DNA of 64,000 bases. It comes from an uncultured Prevotella sp. (GTDB lineage Bacteria; Bacteroidota; Bacteroidia; Bacteroidales; Bacteroidaceae). The position numbers were made by a program, and so were the translations under genes. Position 1 is the first letter of the stretch. Each line of letters opens with the position of its first letter. The notes beneath the pieces were generated by a model. That model made no database searches, had not been told where the DNA came from, and worked only from the letters and a program-made list of their open reading frames with translations. The stretch covers positions 4,417 through 68,416 of the forward strand of contig ONYS01000004.1 of NCBI GenBank assembly GCA_900322095.1, in the 5' to 3' direction. Below, in pieces: positions 9,478-18,595 of this stretch.

Positions 9478-10038
9478 TTAGACCGTCATGATTTCTTTTT
9501 GCTTCTCGGCAAGAATGGCGTCGATAGTCTTCATCACCTTGTCGTGAAGTTTCTGAAGCTGGTCCTCAGCGTCTTTCTCGTTGTCTTCCGACAGTCCGTC
9601 CTTGATGGCCTTCTTCAGTTTGTCCTTCACCTCACCTCTGACGTTGCGCACCTCGACCTTTGTCTTCTCGCCAATCTTGTTGCACTGCTTCACCAGTTCG
9701 CGACGGCGCTCCTCGGTAGGCTGAGGAAGATTGAGGCGAATCACTTCACCGTTGTTCTCCGGCGTGATGCCCACGTCGCTGTCCATGATTCCTTTTTCGA
9801 TGTCCTTGATCTGCTTGCGGTCCCAGGGACGGATGGCAATCGTGCGGGCATCGGGCACCGTGATGTTGGCCACCTGGTTCAGGGGAACCATACTGCCGTA
9901 GGACATCACTCTGACGCCGTCGAGAATGGCCACATTGGCACGACCGGCACGAATGCGAGCGAGCTCATCGTTCAAATATTTGGCAGCGGAATTCATGCGA
10001 TCCTCTGCTGCTTTCAATGTTTTCTTAACGTCTAACAT
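9478..10038 (-). CDS. frr: Ribosome recycling factor
   Basis: IRAGRA, TEERRRELVK and KEIMTV motifs. Start placed at MLDVKK. Confidence 0.96.
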   Translation of the reverse strand: MLDVKKTLKAAEDRMNSAAKYLNDELARIRAGRANVAILDGVRVMSYGSMVPLNQVANITVPDARTIAIRPWDRKQIKDIEKGIMDSDVGITPENNGEVIRLNLPQPTEERRRELVKQCNKIGEKTKVEVRNVRGEVKDKLKKAIKDGLSEDNEKDAEDQLQKLHDKVMKTIDAILAEKQKEIMTV

Positions 10039-10066
10039 ATTAAAATTATCGTTTTCTATTTTTGGT

Positions 10067-10933
10067 TTATCCAATTGTAATCACGTATTCGCTCATGAAG
10101 CTTGCTCCGGGCAGCAACCGGTTCATGGCATGGCGGTCCTCAAATGATCCGTCGTATTCCTCCCAGTCGGCCACGCCATACCAAGGCTCGATGCAGATGA
10201 AAGGCGCATCCTTGCCAGGAGGACTCCAAATGCCGAGCAGCGGAGCCTTGGTCTCCACCGTCACGTGGGGCTGTCCCACGAGGTCGAGCAGTTCGATGCG
10301 GCGTATCTGACTGTGGTCGAAGATATAGGTGTCAACGTCGAACGTATGTTCGTCGACGGGCATCACGTTGCCGTCATGCTGAATGTCGTAGTGGCCGGGC
10401 TGCAGGAAATGGTTGGGACCGAGCTTCAAGGTCTTCGGATCCCCATTGTCGAAGCGCAGACGGGCACGCAGCGGCTTGCCTTCTTTCCAACCGGGAACGA
10501 GGAAAGCCGGATGACCGCCAATCTGGAAGTAGAGATCCTTCGTGTCGGTATTCTCCACATGCCAGATCACATGAATCTTGTTGCCGTCGAGTTTGTAGGT
10601 GATACCCAGGTTGAAGTGGAAAGGATACTGCTTCAACGTTTCTTCAGAATCGTGCAAGGCGTAGGTCACCTGCTGCTCGCCTTGAGCGATAAGCTTGAAG
10701 TCCAGCCGTCGTGCCAGGCCATGTTGCTTCATTTGATAGGTTTGTCCGTGATAGCGATATTCGTCGCCGAACACACGGCCTACAATGGGGAAAAGCACGG
10801 GAGAGCGTCCCGTCCAGTATTTGGCATCGCCATACCAAAGGTATTCCTCGCCCTTGGCATCCTTGATGCTCTGCATTTCGGCACCGTGTTCAGATACCTC
10901 CACGCATAGTTTTTCGTTCTTTATTGTTTCCAT
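10067..10933 (-). CDS. Aldose 1-epimerase family protein (LacX-like)
   Basis: SPVLFPIVGR, QHGLAR, GGHPAF and FICIEPWYG motifs. Confidence 0.9.
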   Translation of the reverse strand: METIKNEKLCVEVSEHGAEMQSIKDAKGEEYLWYGDAKYWTGRSPVLFPIVGRVFGDEYRYHGQTYQMKQHGLARRLDFKLIAQGEQQVTYALHDSEETLKQYPFHFNLGITYKLDGNKIHVIWHVENTDTKDLYFQIGGHPAFLVPGWKEGKPLRARLRFDNGDPKTLKLGPNHFLQPGHYDIQHDGNVMPVDEHTFDVDTYIFDHSQIRRIELLDLVGQPHVTVETKAPLLGIWSPPGKDAPFICIEPWYGVADWEEYDGSFEDRHAMNRLLPGASFMSEYVITIG

Positions 10934-11005
10934 TTGTCTGTTAGTTGAGTAACTCTAAGGTCATTTGCAAAGATACGAAAAAGTTTGAAAAGTCAGTATG
11001 TTTCA

Positions 11006-11926
11006 TCAAGAATTATTCTCCGGCGACTCGTATTTCCCGTTTACTTTGGTTGGCTCCACGTGCAATACCACGTGTGTATTGTCGCCAAAGCGTCTTTTCA
11101 GCGCCTTCTCGATGTGTGTCGCATGGTCGTGAGACTCCAGCAGCGTGAGGTTTCCGGGCATGCGCACGTGCATCTCAATGGCTATTCTGCTGCCAATGCG
11201 GCGGGTGCGCAGGTTGTGCACGCCGCTCACGTAGGGCTCACTCTCAGCGATATGCTGCATTTCGGCCTCGACATCTGCAGGCAGACTCTTCTCCATCAGT
11301 TCATCCACGGCCTGCTTCATGATGGAAAGCGCGGCCTTCACGATGAAGAAGCTCACCACGACAGCCGCTATCGGGTCGAGCACGGTCCACTGCTGTCCCA
11401 AGAGGATAGCGCCACCGATACCGATTGCCGTGCCAATCGACGACAGCGCGTCGCTGCGATGGTGCCAGGCGTTGGTGATCACGGCCGCAGACTGCGTTGC
11501 CTTGCCCACCTTGATGGTGAAGCGATAGGCCCATTCCTTCAGGGCGATGCTCAGCAGAGCCGCCGCGAGCGCTATCCATCCTGGCTGTTCGGGGGGATTG
11601 CCATCGATAGTATCTTTGATTTTCACGACGCCATTCCAGAAGATGCCTATACCCACGGCAAGCAAAGCCACGCTGATGATGACCGAAGCCAGAGTCTCGT
11701 ATTTGCCGTGCCCGTAATCGTGGTCTTCGTCGACGGGTTTATTGCCCAGTTTGACAAAGATGAGCACGATGGCATCGGTGATGAAATCAGACAATGAATG
11801 GACGGCATCGGCAATCATGGCGGCCGAATGGCCCAGAATGCCGGCGGTGAACTTGAAGACCAGCAGCGCCATGTTGATGACACTGCCCCAGATGGTCACT
11901 CTATAGATTGATTTTTCTCTATCCAT
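11006..11926 (-). CDS. Cation diffusion facilitator family transporter
   Basis: ADAVHSLSD, HDYGHGKYE and WHHRSD motifs, plus a C-terminal dimerisation domain (VLHVEP). Confidence 0.93.
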   Translation of the reverse strand: MDREKSIYRVTIWGSVINMALLVFKFTAGILGHSAAMIADAVHSLSDFITDAIVLIFVKLGNKPVDEDHDYGHGKYETLASVIISVALLAVGIGIFWNGVVKIKDTIDGNPPEQPGWIALAAALLSIALKEWAYRFTIKVGKATQSAAVITNAWHHRSDALSSIGTAIGIGGAILLGQQWTVLDPIAAVVVSFFIVKAALSIMKQAVDELMEKSLPADVEAEMQHIAESEPYVSGVHNLRTRRIGSRIAIEMHVRMPGNLTLLESHDHATHIEKALKRRFGDNTHVVLHVEPTKVNGKYESPENNS

Positions 11927-12115
11927 TTTTCTTTCGAATCGGCCTCTTATGCTGACTCAAACGAGGTGCAAACTTAAGAAAAATGTAGAAAAACACAAAA
12001 TAATAGAGGAAAAAGTTTATTTCATTTCCATTTCAAGTCGTTAATGTCTGCGGGCCGGCGATGATTTCCTAACCGAAACAAGGCCGGGAACCAGCGTGCA
12101 GGCAATCAAGAGCCA

Positions 12116-13132
12116 TTAGAACTCTAAAGTATAACCCACGCCAACATGCAGATGGTCTATCGTATGAAGTCCATTGATATGGTGCCAGGAGCGCTCGATC
12201 TTTAGCATGAGTCCGTCAAGAGGAGCAAAGTTGAGCCCGATGGTGTAGCGGTTGAATCCCTCCTCACCGTGGTCGAAGACTCCGTCGTAGCGCAAGAAAG
12301 GCGTGAGTTGCATCTTTGCTGTGACATCACTCAGCACGTCGTATCCAGTCTCCACGCCGTAAGAGTTCTTATTGTGCGCCTGAGAATAGATGGCAGAACC
12401 ATCGATGGTGAAGCCATTGCTTGCATAGTCGAAATCAAGCACGCTGTAGAACTCATGGCGCTTGCCTTCAGGAATCTCGATCTCGCGCGAGAGCTGTCCT
12501 ACGTAGGTGTTGCCATAAAAGCAACTGGCACCCACATTCAGTCCCACGGGCCAATGATAGTCTACTCGCGCTGCAGCTCCAGCCATGCGGCTGTCTTTCA
12601 GAGGAGCTTTGCCATAGACGTAGAGACCGGTCGTGAACTTCCAATTGCCCGTCTGTCCCACGACCACCAGTCCACCGTCGTGCCAGGTCATCGGCATTAT
12701 CTCCGACTCACTGACCGGGTCGTAGATAGTAAGGGCTGACCCACCGGTGTTTGTGATTCCCAGCGGAACGGGCACGATTCCTGCCTGGACTGAAAGAGAA
12801 CTGCCCTGTCCTAAACCAAACTGCTTAGTGACAGCCAGCAGGTTTGTATTATAGTCACTACCGAAATCATCATCCCACTTTCCATCCGTACGAAAGCGTT
12901 CATATTCGAATTCGCCATCCACACTCCAACCTTTGCCAATTTTCACACTACCTCCCACGGTGATATGGGGGAAATCCCAAATGACGGGATGCTGTTTGTA
13001 ATTACGATGACCATAGTTCACTTCGGCGTTGACATAGCCACTGAACGTGGGTACTTGCACCGTGTCATCCTTAACTTCGGTTTGTGTGGACATCGCCATG
13101 AGCACCAAACTGCAAAATAAAGTCATATCCAT
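12116..13132 (-). CDS. Putative outer-membrane beta-barrel (porin-like) protein
   Basis: N-terminal signal-like segment, amphipathic beta strands and a C-terminal ...VGVGYTLEF beta-signal. Confidence 0.7.
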   Translation of the reverse strand: MDMTLFCSLVLMAMSTQTEVKDDTVQVPTFSGYVNAEVNYGHRNYKQHPVIWDFPHITVGGSVKIGKGWSVDGEFEYERFRTDGKWDDDFGSDYNTNLLAVTKQFGLGQGSSLSVQAGIVPVPLGITNTGGSALTIYDPVSESEIMPMTWHDGGLVVVGQTGNWKFTTGLYVYGKAPLKDSRMAGAAARVDYHWPVGLNVGASCFYGNTYVGQLSREIEIPEGKRHEFYSVLDFDYASNGFTIDGSAIYSQAHNKNSYGVETGYDVLSDVTAKMQLTPFLRYDGVFDHGEEGFNRYTIGLNFAPLDGLMLKIERSWHHINGLHTIDHLHVGVGYTLEF

Positions 13133-13298
13133 CCTATAATGAGTTACAGATGCAAAATTACGAAAAAGGAATCAGTCAGCAAAAAGGAGGCTTTGCATTT
13201 CATTATTACTGAGTATTGCAGGTAGAAAAGGCCTTCGTCAATAATACCCAATAATAGGTATTCAAGTTTCGCTTGAAAATGACGACAAATTCAAATAC

Positions 13299-13890
13299 AG
13301 ACCCACATCCGGCCCCCCCCACGGGGGAAGAGGAGAAACATCAAAGAGCAAATTCCGATTGATGTTAATACCCCCGGTAGGGGGTTGCGTCAACATAGCG
13401 AGGGGATAAGCGACATGAGCGAAGCGAATGAGCGGTTCCCCTCGTAGCAGAGCCCCCCCCGATTGAGCTACCTCCGTGAACACCATACGAGGGGAATCGT
13501 CGAAACGTTATTTCTCCTCATCCCCTCGCTATGATAACGCAACCCACTTCGTGGGTAGACGTAGAAGGAAAGTATATGTAGACATTCTTGCTCTTTTATA
13601 AACATTGAATGACCATTAATCATCCACGAATGAACCATAAATATTATTCATGAGCCATTGATGACCATTAATGGACATTCGTGTAGAAAACAAAAATGTT
13701 GAATTATACGTCACTATTCTTCATGGGCGGTTATAGGAGGGTCGTCATTCCTGACGACCAAGAAAGTACGCCGAATGAACATCAAAAGTAAATTCATCGT
13801 CGTCAGGAATGACGACGCTCCTATGCGCCCCTATCTTTTACCCTCGCTTACTTCTCCCCTCCCTCCGTAGGGAGGGAATGGGGTGGGTCT
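13299..13890. repeat. Cluster of nested palindromic (REP/MITE-like) non-coding elements
   Basis: Inverted pairs at 13369-13407/13520-13557 and 13733-13758/13798-13824, with an outer degenerate pair at 13299-13335/13854-13890. Confidence 0.75.
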
Positions 13891-13906
13891 TGTATCTTCT
13901 CATAAC

Positions 13907-14105
13907 AAAAAAACGGCCGCCCATCTCACGACAGCCGGCCAGTTTCTTCACCACGCTTGGTGAATACAAATAATTGTTTTTTAATGCTCCCCACCAAGGA
14001 GTTTCACAACTGCTCAGTAGGATACTAAAAACTTATTCTTAACTAAATTATAAATTTGTTCTATGAATAAACGCCAACTCTTATGAAATATTACAAAAAT
14101 CATGT
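13907..14105 (-). ncRNA. Candidate small RNA with two GUGA-tetraloop hairpins and a terminator
   Basis: AGTT-GTGA-AACT within a longer stem, a TTCACCA/TGGTGAA hairpin, then GGCCG-GCTGTC-GTGA-GATGG-GCGGCC plus T7. No long ORF. Variant -7 box CATTTTTG at 14114-14121. Confidence 0.45.
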
Positions 14106-14457
14106 CTCGCTTGCAAAAATGATGCGACATCGTCTGGAAGACGTACCTCCGAAACTTGTGTACCTTAAAGAGGGCATTTTTTGCGCTTGACCCAAATCAA
14201 TCCAACTGATTCAAGTCAAAGAATTGGCCTTGTGGGGCGTTTTTTCCATCATAAAACTTGGGTTGAAGGCTGTTTTTCGCTTATCTTTGCAGCGTTGATT
14301 GAAAATAAAGTCGTCGTTCAGGGCGCTGGACAAAGAGACGCAACGAGATAGAAAGAATAACATGTAACTACGGCAAGAACGACTGCACTTGGACCACCAG
14401 TCCGGGGCTTTGGAGTGAAGAGTCGGACGAAGCCGGTAAAAAAGAAAGGATCAGATT

Positions 14458-14556
14458 ATGAAAGAATTGATTATGAAAGCCATGAAGTCTCTCGCACATT
14501 ACTTCATCAACGTAATGTCGGAGTACAACATTTCGCGAGCCAACACTTTGGCTTAA
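14458..14556 (+). CDS. Candidate 32-aa amphipathic micro-protein MKELIMKAMKSLAHYFINVMSEYNISRANTLA
   Basis: Own -7 box (TATCTTTG 14282-14289), AGAAAGGA 7 nt before the ATG, and a downstream terminator. Confidence 0.55.
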   Translation: MKELIMKAMKSLAHYFINVMSEYNISRANTLA

Positions 14557-14609
14557 CGCTAGAAAGTAATGAATTGAGGTGGGCAGCAGAGTCTGGCCCA
14601 TATATGTTG

Positions 14610-14645
14610 AAGGAGCGGTTCCCTTTGCTGGGGGCCGCTCCTTTT
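14610..14645. terminator. Intrinsic terminator between convergent units
   Basis: AAGGAGCGGTTCCC...GGGGGCCGCTCCTTTT. Confidence 0.75.
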
Positions 14646-14651
14646 ACATTC

Positions 14652-16853
14652 TTATTTCACTTCCACCTCATCCATGAAGAACCATGCGGGATAGCCCACA
14701 CCGTAATGCCATGAGGGGCAGAGTCCTATCGTCTTCACCTGCACGTGGATGTAGCGCGCCGTAACTGGCGCATCGCTCTTTACTTCGCCCGGCACAAACT
14801 TTATCGAGCCGCTGCGGTCTTCCTGGAACTCATGCGTGCCCAGCGACCGATAGTTCTTGTTGTCTGTCGAATAGGAATAGCTGACGCTCTTGGGCAGCAG
14901 CACCCAGGCACCGCTCTGCAGCAGGAAATCCGTGCTCACGCTGCTGAAGGTCTTCTCGCTTCCCATGTCGAGGATGAAGTCGGCGTCCTGACCTTCCCAT
15001 CCCACCCAGCTCTCCACGTAGGTGGCACCGCCATAAAGTCCGTCGGTAAGGGCTTTGTCGGCAATGGGCTGGTAGCGGGCGGCGGGCTTATTGATCCAGA
15101 TCACCTTAGAGCCGGCAGCCTTATTGGTATTGGCGTGGGGCAGGAAGCGCGAGCGGTAGAGTTGGCAGTAATCCTCCACGTTGTTGTTGCGCTCGTTCAG
15201 CTGCGTCACGCCGTAGCGGGCGGCCTTCTCCCTGAAGTCTTCCAGCTTGCGCTCTATCGCCTCGCGGTCGCCGCCGGTCTCCGTGCGGGCGATTTCCAGC
15301 TCACTGTACTGTATGGGCAACCGGGCCACCTGCACTCTGCCCAGCAACGTAGAGTCGCCTGCGACGGCAGCCTCAGCCTTGTCGAAGAGCTCCTGATAGT
15401 TGCGCATAAGGTTGTGGTTGAGCATTCCGTTCTTGTGGGACACCGGTGAGTCGTAAATCCACAACGGAACGCCGGAGGCCAGCAAGGCTCCTTGCAGCAT
15501 GTTCTGGTATTTATACAGATAAGGGGCAGCCGCGCCATAATAGCCATAAAGGAACTCGCGCATGAGCAAATCGGCATCCTGCGAGGGATTCCACATCAGC
15601 TTGCCCAGCATGTAGGCCCGCATCTCAGCGAAATCGGTGCCACGTTGGCCATTGACTTGTTCAAACACCATCGTGGCATGATTTTTCTTGAACAAGGCGA
15701 GATTCTTCTGCAAGATATGGAAATTGGGGAAAGGAACCACCATATTGTCGAAGTTGATGCCGTAGTCCCAGACGAAGATGTTGTCGGAGATTCGCGCCCA
15801 GCCCTCGAGAGCCTTCACGAAATCGCGCCCCGAAGCGTTGTCGGTGAGCGGCACCTCACGCTTACAGTCGATGTCGCAGAGCATGATGTTGACGTTCTTC
15901 AGCGGCTTCACGTGCTTTGGCGGATGCATGCTGTAGAGATAGGCGAGCGTGGAGAATTCCTTGTCGGGGAAGCGTGCCGCGAGCTTGTTGAGGAAACGGA
16001 TGATGCTGCCCGATGGCGATCCTTCATATTCGTCCACCTTCTTGCACTCGGGGCATTGGCAATACGTGTTGTTGCCGTCGTTCTGGCTGATGCTGATCAT
16101 CTTCATGCCAGGATGCGCCTTGAAGATGGAATCCACCTTCTGGCACACCAGCTCAAAAAGTTCGGGATTGGAAAGACACCATTGCGAATGGTCGCCGGGG
16201 CGACGCTGCCCGTTGATGAAAGAGTAATACTCGGGATGGCTCTTGCCATAGACCGATGCGGGCAAAATCCGGTTGAAGGTGTGTACCCACAAGTCTCCGG
16301 CGAAGATCTGATCCTGATGCTCCAGTCTGAACCAAGCCTCATAGTCGGGGTCGTCGTTGCAATAGCTGAAAGTCTGGCGGAAACGGAATGCGGGTGAGTC
16401 GGCGAGAGTTATCTGAGGCAAGGTAATCGTGCGGCTGGGCATGAACGTATAAGCATCCTTTGCCCAGTAGTCTACGCACATATAGCTTTCGAGCAGCGTA
16501 CAGACGCCATAGAGCGTGCCCTTGCCACCACCCGTCTTGACGCTCAGCTCTCCCGGCTGGCAGGTTATTTCATAGCCGTCTTCTGTTGCGGCCGATGTAG
16601 GCTGGCCTAACAGAACGACGTTCCGCTTGGCCTGCTGCTGGCTGACTACGGGCAGAGTGGCACCCGACATTCTTTGGATAAACTTATTGAGCAGGGTCGC
16701 TGCGGCACTGTCGGCCGCCGTGGGCTGGCAGATGACGATGCTGGCTTGTGGCTTACCGTCTTTCACCAGCGTCATCTGCGCGTCGGCAACCGTCGGCAAG
16801 GCTGCGGGCAGGCAGAGAATGAATATAGATTCTAGGAATTTATGATCCATCAT
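14652..16853 (-). CDS. Secreted DUF4838-domain protein with a C-terminal F5/8-type (CBM32-like) domain
   Basis: Signal peptide, GH20/GH67-like N-domain (TLYGVCTLLE, PAFRFR), HTF...HPEYYS, ISISQND, STLAY, VWDY, and a C-terminal LTDG...ARYIHV...FFMDEVEVK. Confidence 0.78.
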   Translation of the reverse strand: MMDHKFLESIFILCLPAALPTVADAQMTLVKDGKPQASIVICQPTAADSAAATLLNKFIQRMSGATLPVVSQQQAKRNVVLLGQPTSAATEDGYEITCQPGELSVKTGGGKGTLYGVCTLLESYMCVDYWAKDAYTFMPSRTITLPQITLADSPAFRFRQTFSYCNDDPDYEAWFRLEHQDQIFAGDLWVHTFNRILPASVYGKSHPEYYSFINGQRRPGDHSQWCLSNPELFELVCQKVDSIFKAHPGMKMISISQNDGNNTYCQCPECKKVDEYEGSPSGSIIRFLNKLAARFPDKEFSTLAYLYSMHPPKHVKPLKNVNIMLCDIDCKREVPLTDNASGRDFVKALEGWARISDNIFVWDYGINFDNMVVPFPNFHILQKNLALFKKNHATMVFEQVNGQRGTDFAEMRAYMLGKLMWNPSQDADLLMREFLYGYYGAAAPYLYKYQNMLQGALLASGVPLWIYDSPVSHKNGMLNHNLMRNYQELFDKAEAAVAGDSTLLGRVQVARLPIQYSELEIARTETGGDREAIERKLEDFREKAARYGVTQLNERNNNVEDYCQLYRSRFLPHANTNKAAGSKVIWINKPAARYQPIADKALTDGLYGGATYVESWVGWEGQDADFILDMGSEKTFSSVSTDFLLQSGAWVLLPKSVSYSYSTDNKNYRSLGTHEFQEDRSGSIKFVPGEVKSDAPVTARYIHVQVKTIGLCPSWHYGVGYPAWFFMDEVEVK

Positions 16854-16957
16854 ATTTTTCTTAAACTTTTTATTTAACAAACAATTCATATTCCGATAGT
16901 ATAATGATATGACTTCGTCTATAAAGACATATACATTATACTTGGCCGCGCCAGCCT

Positions 16958-16990
16958 AATTATGAATTATGAATTGTGAATTAAGAATTA
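16958..16990. repeat. Heptamer tandem repeat (AATTATG-like) x4-5
   Basis: aattatg aattatg aattgtg aattaag aatta, at the stop of the CBM9-like gene. Confidence 0.7.
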
Positions 16991-18015
16991 GCAAAGAATC
17001 CGTAGCTGTCGAGCGTATATTGCTTGCCTTCGCAATTGACGGTAATGTTGTATATCGAGCGCGTGGCATCCATCCTGATATCGGCACCTTCGGGCAGCAG
17101 ACTGCGGTCTTTGGCCGTGAAACCGAGGGCGACAAGCGAGGTGGCATAACGGCCATGCTCCTTCAGGTATTCCTCCTGAGCATAATAGATGGCCCACATG
17201 ACGCGGTAAACATCCTGATTGTAGGGATAGCTGAAGGCTTCATCCGGCGTATTGGCCAGCAGCACGTAGCTCCAGCGTTCTGGCATGTGCATATCTATCT
17301 TTCCAGTCGGACTCCAAACCCAGTTCTCTTCCGGACCGCCCTTCTTGAGCCATTCCACGCGCGAGAAGTTCAGTCTCAGCCACTTGCCCTGCTCAAGCGG
17401 GTTGGTAAAACTGGCCGCAATTGCCTGCCGCGGAATGGCCATCTCTACGGTCCAACCTTCATCTTTATCGTTCGGATTGTTGAGAGTACCATTGCAATGC
17501 ACAGCCGACTTCATTCCGGGGCAATCCCATTGCACGAAGAAATTTCCGCCCACACGGTAGGGACGGTCGAGCATCAGGTCGAAAACGGTATTCCGCGCGT
17601 TGAGTTCTATCTCGAAGTAGGCCCGTCCGTCGCCATCGGGATCGATAAACACCTCGAAGTCGTTGTCCTTATAGATGATGGTGTCGCGCTGCTGCAGCGT
17701 TGCCCTTATGTCGGGCTCTTCCAGTTCGGCGCCCACGTAGAGATAGTTGTCATCCCAGAGCATGCGAGCCCGCGTGCGGTATTTCGGCGTGGGGAAGCCG
17801 GCGCCGCTGATATCGGCAAAGTCGGCTGTGTAGGGAGCCCGCTGCCATTCGGCCTCGTCCAGGATTCCATCGATGCGGAGCGGCAACTGCGCTTTGGGGC
17901 AGACATAAGTACACGGCGTGGTGAGCATCCGCCCATATTGCTCCACGAGGGACGTTCCCGCCTGCGCCGCAGAGGTGAAGGCAAGGGCAAAGAGTATCAT
18001 GAAAGACTTTCTCAT
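16981..18015 (-). CDS. Secreted carbohydrate-binding family 9-like (DOMON-like) protein
   Basis: IDGILDEAEW, MLWDDNYLYV, DNDFEVFIDPDGD, WTVEMAIP and NWVWSP motifs. Start placed at MRKSFMIL. Confidence 0.82.
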   Translation of the reverse strand: MRKSFMILFALAFTSAAQAGTSLVEQYGRMLTTPCTYVCPKAQLPLRIDGILDEAEWQRAPYTADFADISGAGFPTPKYRTRARMLWDDNYLYVGAELEEPDIRATLQQRDTIIYKDNDFEVFIDPDGDGRAYFEIELNARNTVFDLMLDRPYRVGGNFFVQWDCPGMKSAVHCNGTLNNPNDKDEGWTVEMAIPRQAIAASFTNPLEQGKWLRLNFSRVEWLKKGGPEENWVWSPTGKIDMHMPERWSYVLLANTPDEAFSYPYNQDVYRVMWAIYYAQEEYLKEHGRYATSLVALGFTAKDRSLLPEGADIRMDATRSIYNITVNCEGKQYTLDSYGFFANS

Positions 18016-18250
18016 ACGTTGATAGATTGATTGATGATGCAAATGTATAAAAAATTCCCGACTTCCCTTGCCCCGACAAAGATTATTTTCAGATATGGGG
18101 AAGAATTGCCGCCGATGAGCTGCCGCCGAAACCTTAGAGAGCTGAAGGTCAAGAAGCGACAATATCCACTTCGAATAAGGGCAAATCGGATATGAAGGAA
18201 CGGAAAGTTCGTGGTGAAGAATGGGAAGATTGAATACCGAGTATTGATGG

Positions 18251-18338
18251 TTGCTGACAATTGTCGGCAGGTCTGCTGACAGTTGTCGGCAGATCTGCTG
18301 ACAGCTGTCAGCAGATCTGCTCACAGCTGTCGACAGCC
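18251..18338. repeat. Tandem 22-bp palindromic repeat x4
   Basis: CTGCTGACAG(T/C)TGTC(G/A)GCAGAT units. Perfect 24-bp palindrome at 18293-18316. Confidence 0.9.
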
Positions 18339-18471
18339 ACGCGACATCATCAGTTAGTTAACTACACGTACAACGCTCACCGATGTACATCACAATACAG
18401 TTTTGTCTAGCAGGAATGCCGGACCTCCTACCTTTTAGCTAATTTATTAAGGCTGTACGTAGCGCTTGCTT

Positions 18472-18508
18472 TCCCCTCCCTTTCGTAGGGAGGGGTAAGG
18501 GGTGGGCC
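18472..18508. repeat. Dispersed CCCCTCCC...GGGAGGGG...GGGGTGGG hairpin element
   Basis: Near copy of 13854-13890, with a degenerate copy near 4334-4361. Confidence 0.7.
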
Positions 18509-18595
18509 TTAAAAAAATCGTCCAACAACGACTCAGTGTACTATATTTTTTCGTATCTTTGCTTACGTATGTTGAACCCTAAAAAAACTACCATT

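Noticed and set aside
18016-18324. N-terminal extensions in the ORF track (CBM9-like, metY, frr, PiT, glutaredoxin, flippase)
   Set aside because: They run through promoter boxes, repeats or upstream non-coding DNA. Downstream ATGs give typical starts.
18251-18338. Palindromic repeat arrays as possible CRISPR
   Set aside because: The units are contiguous with no unique spacers, and no cas genes are present in the window.
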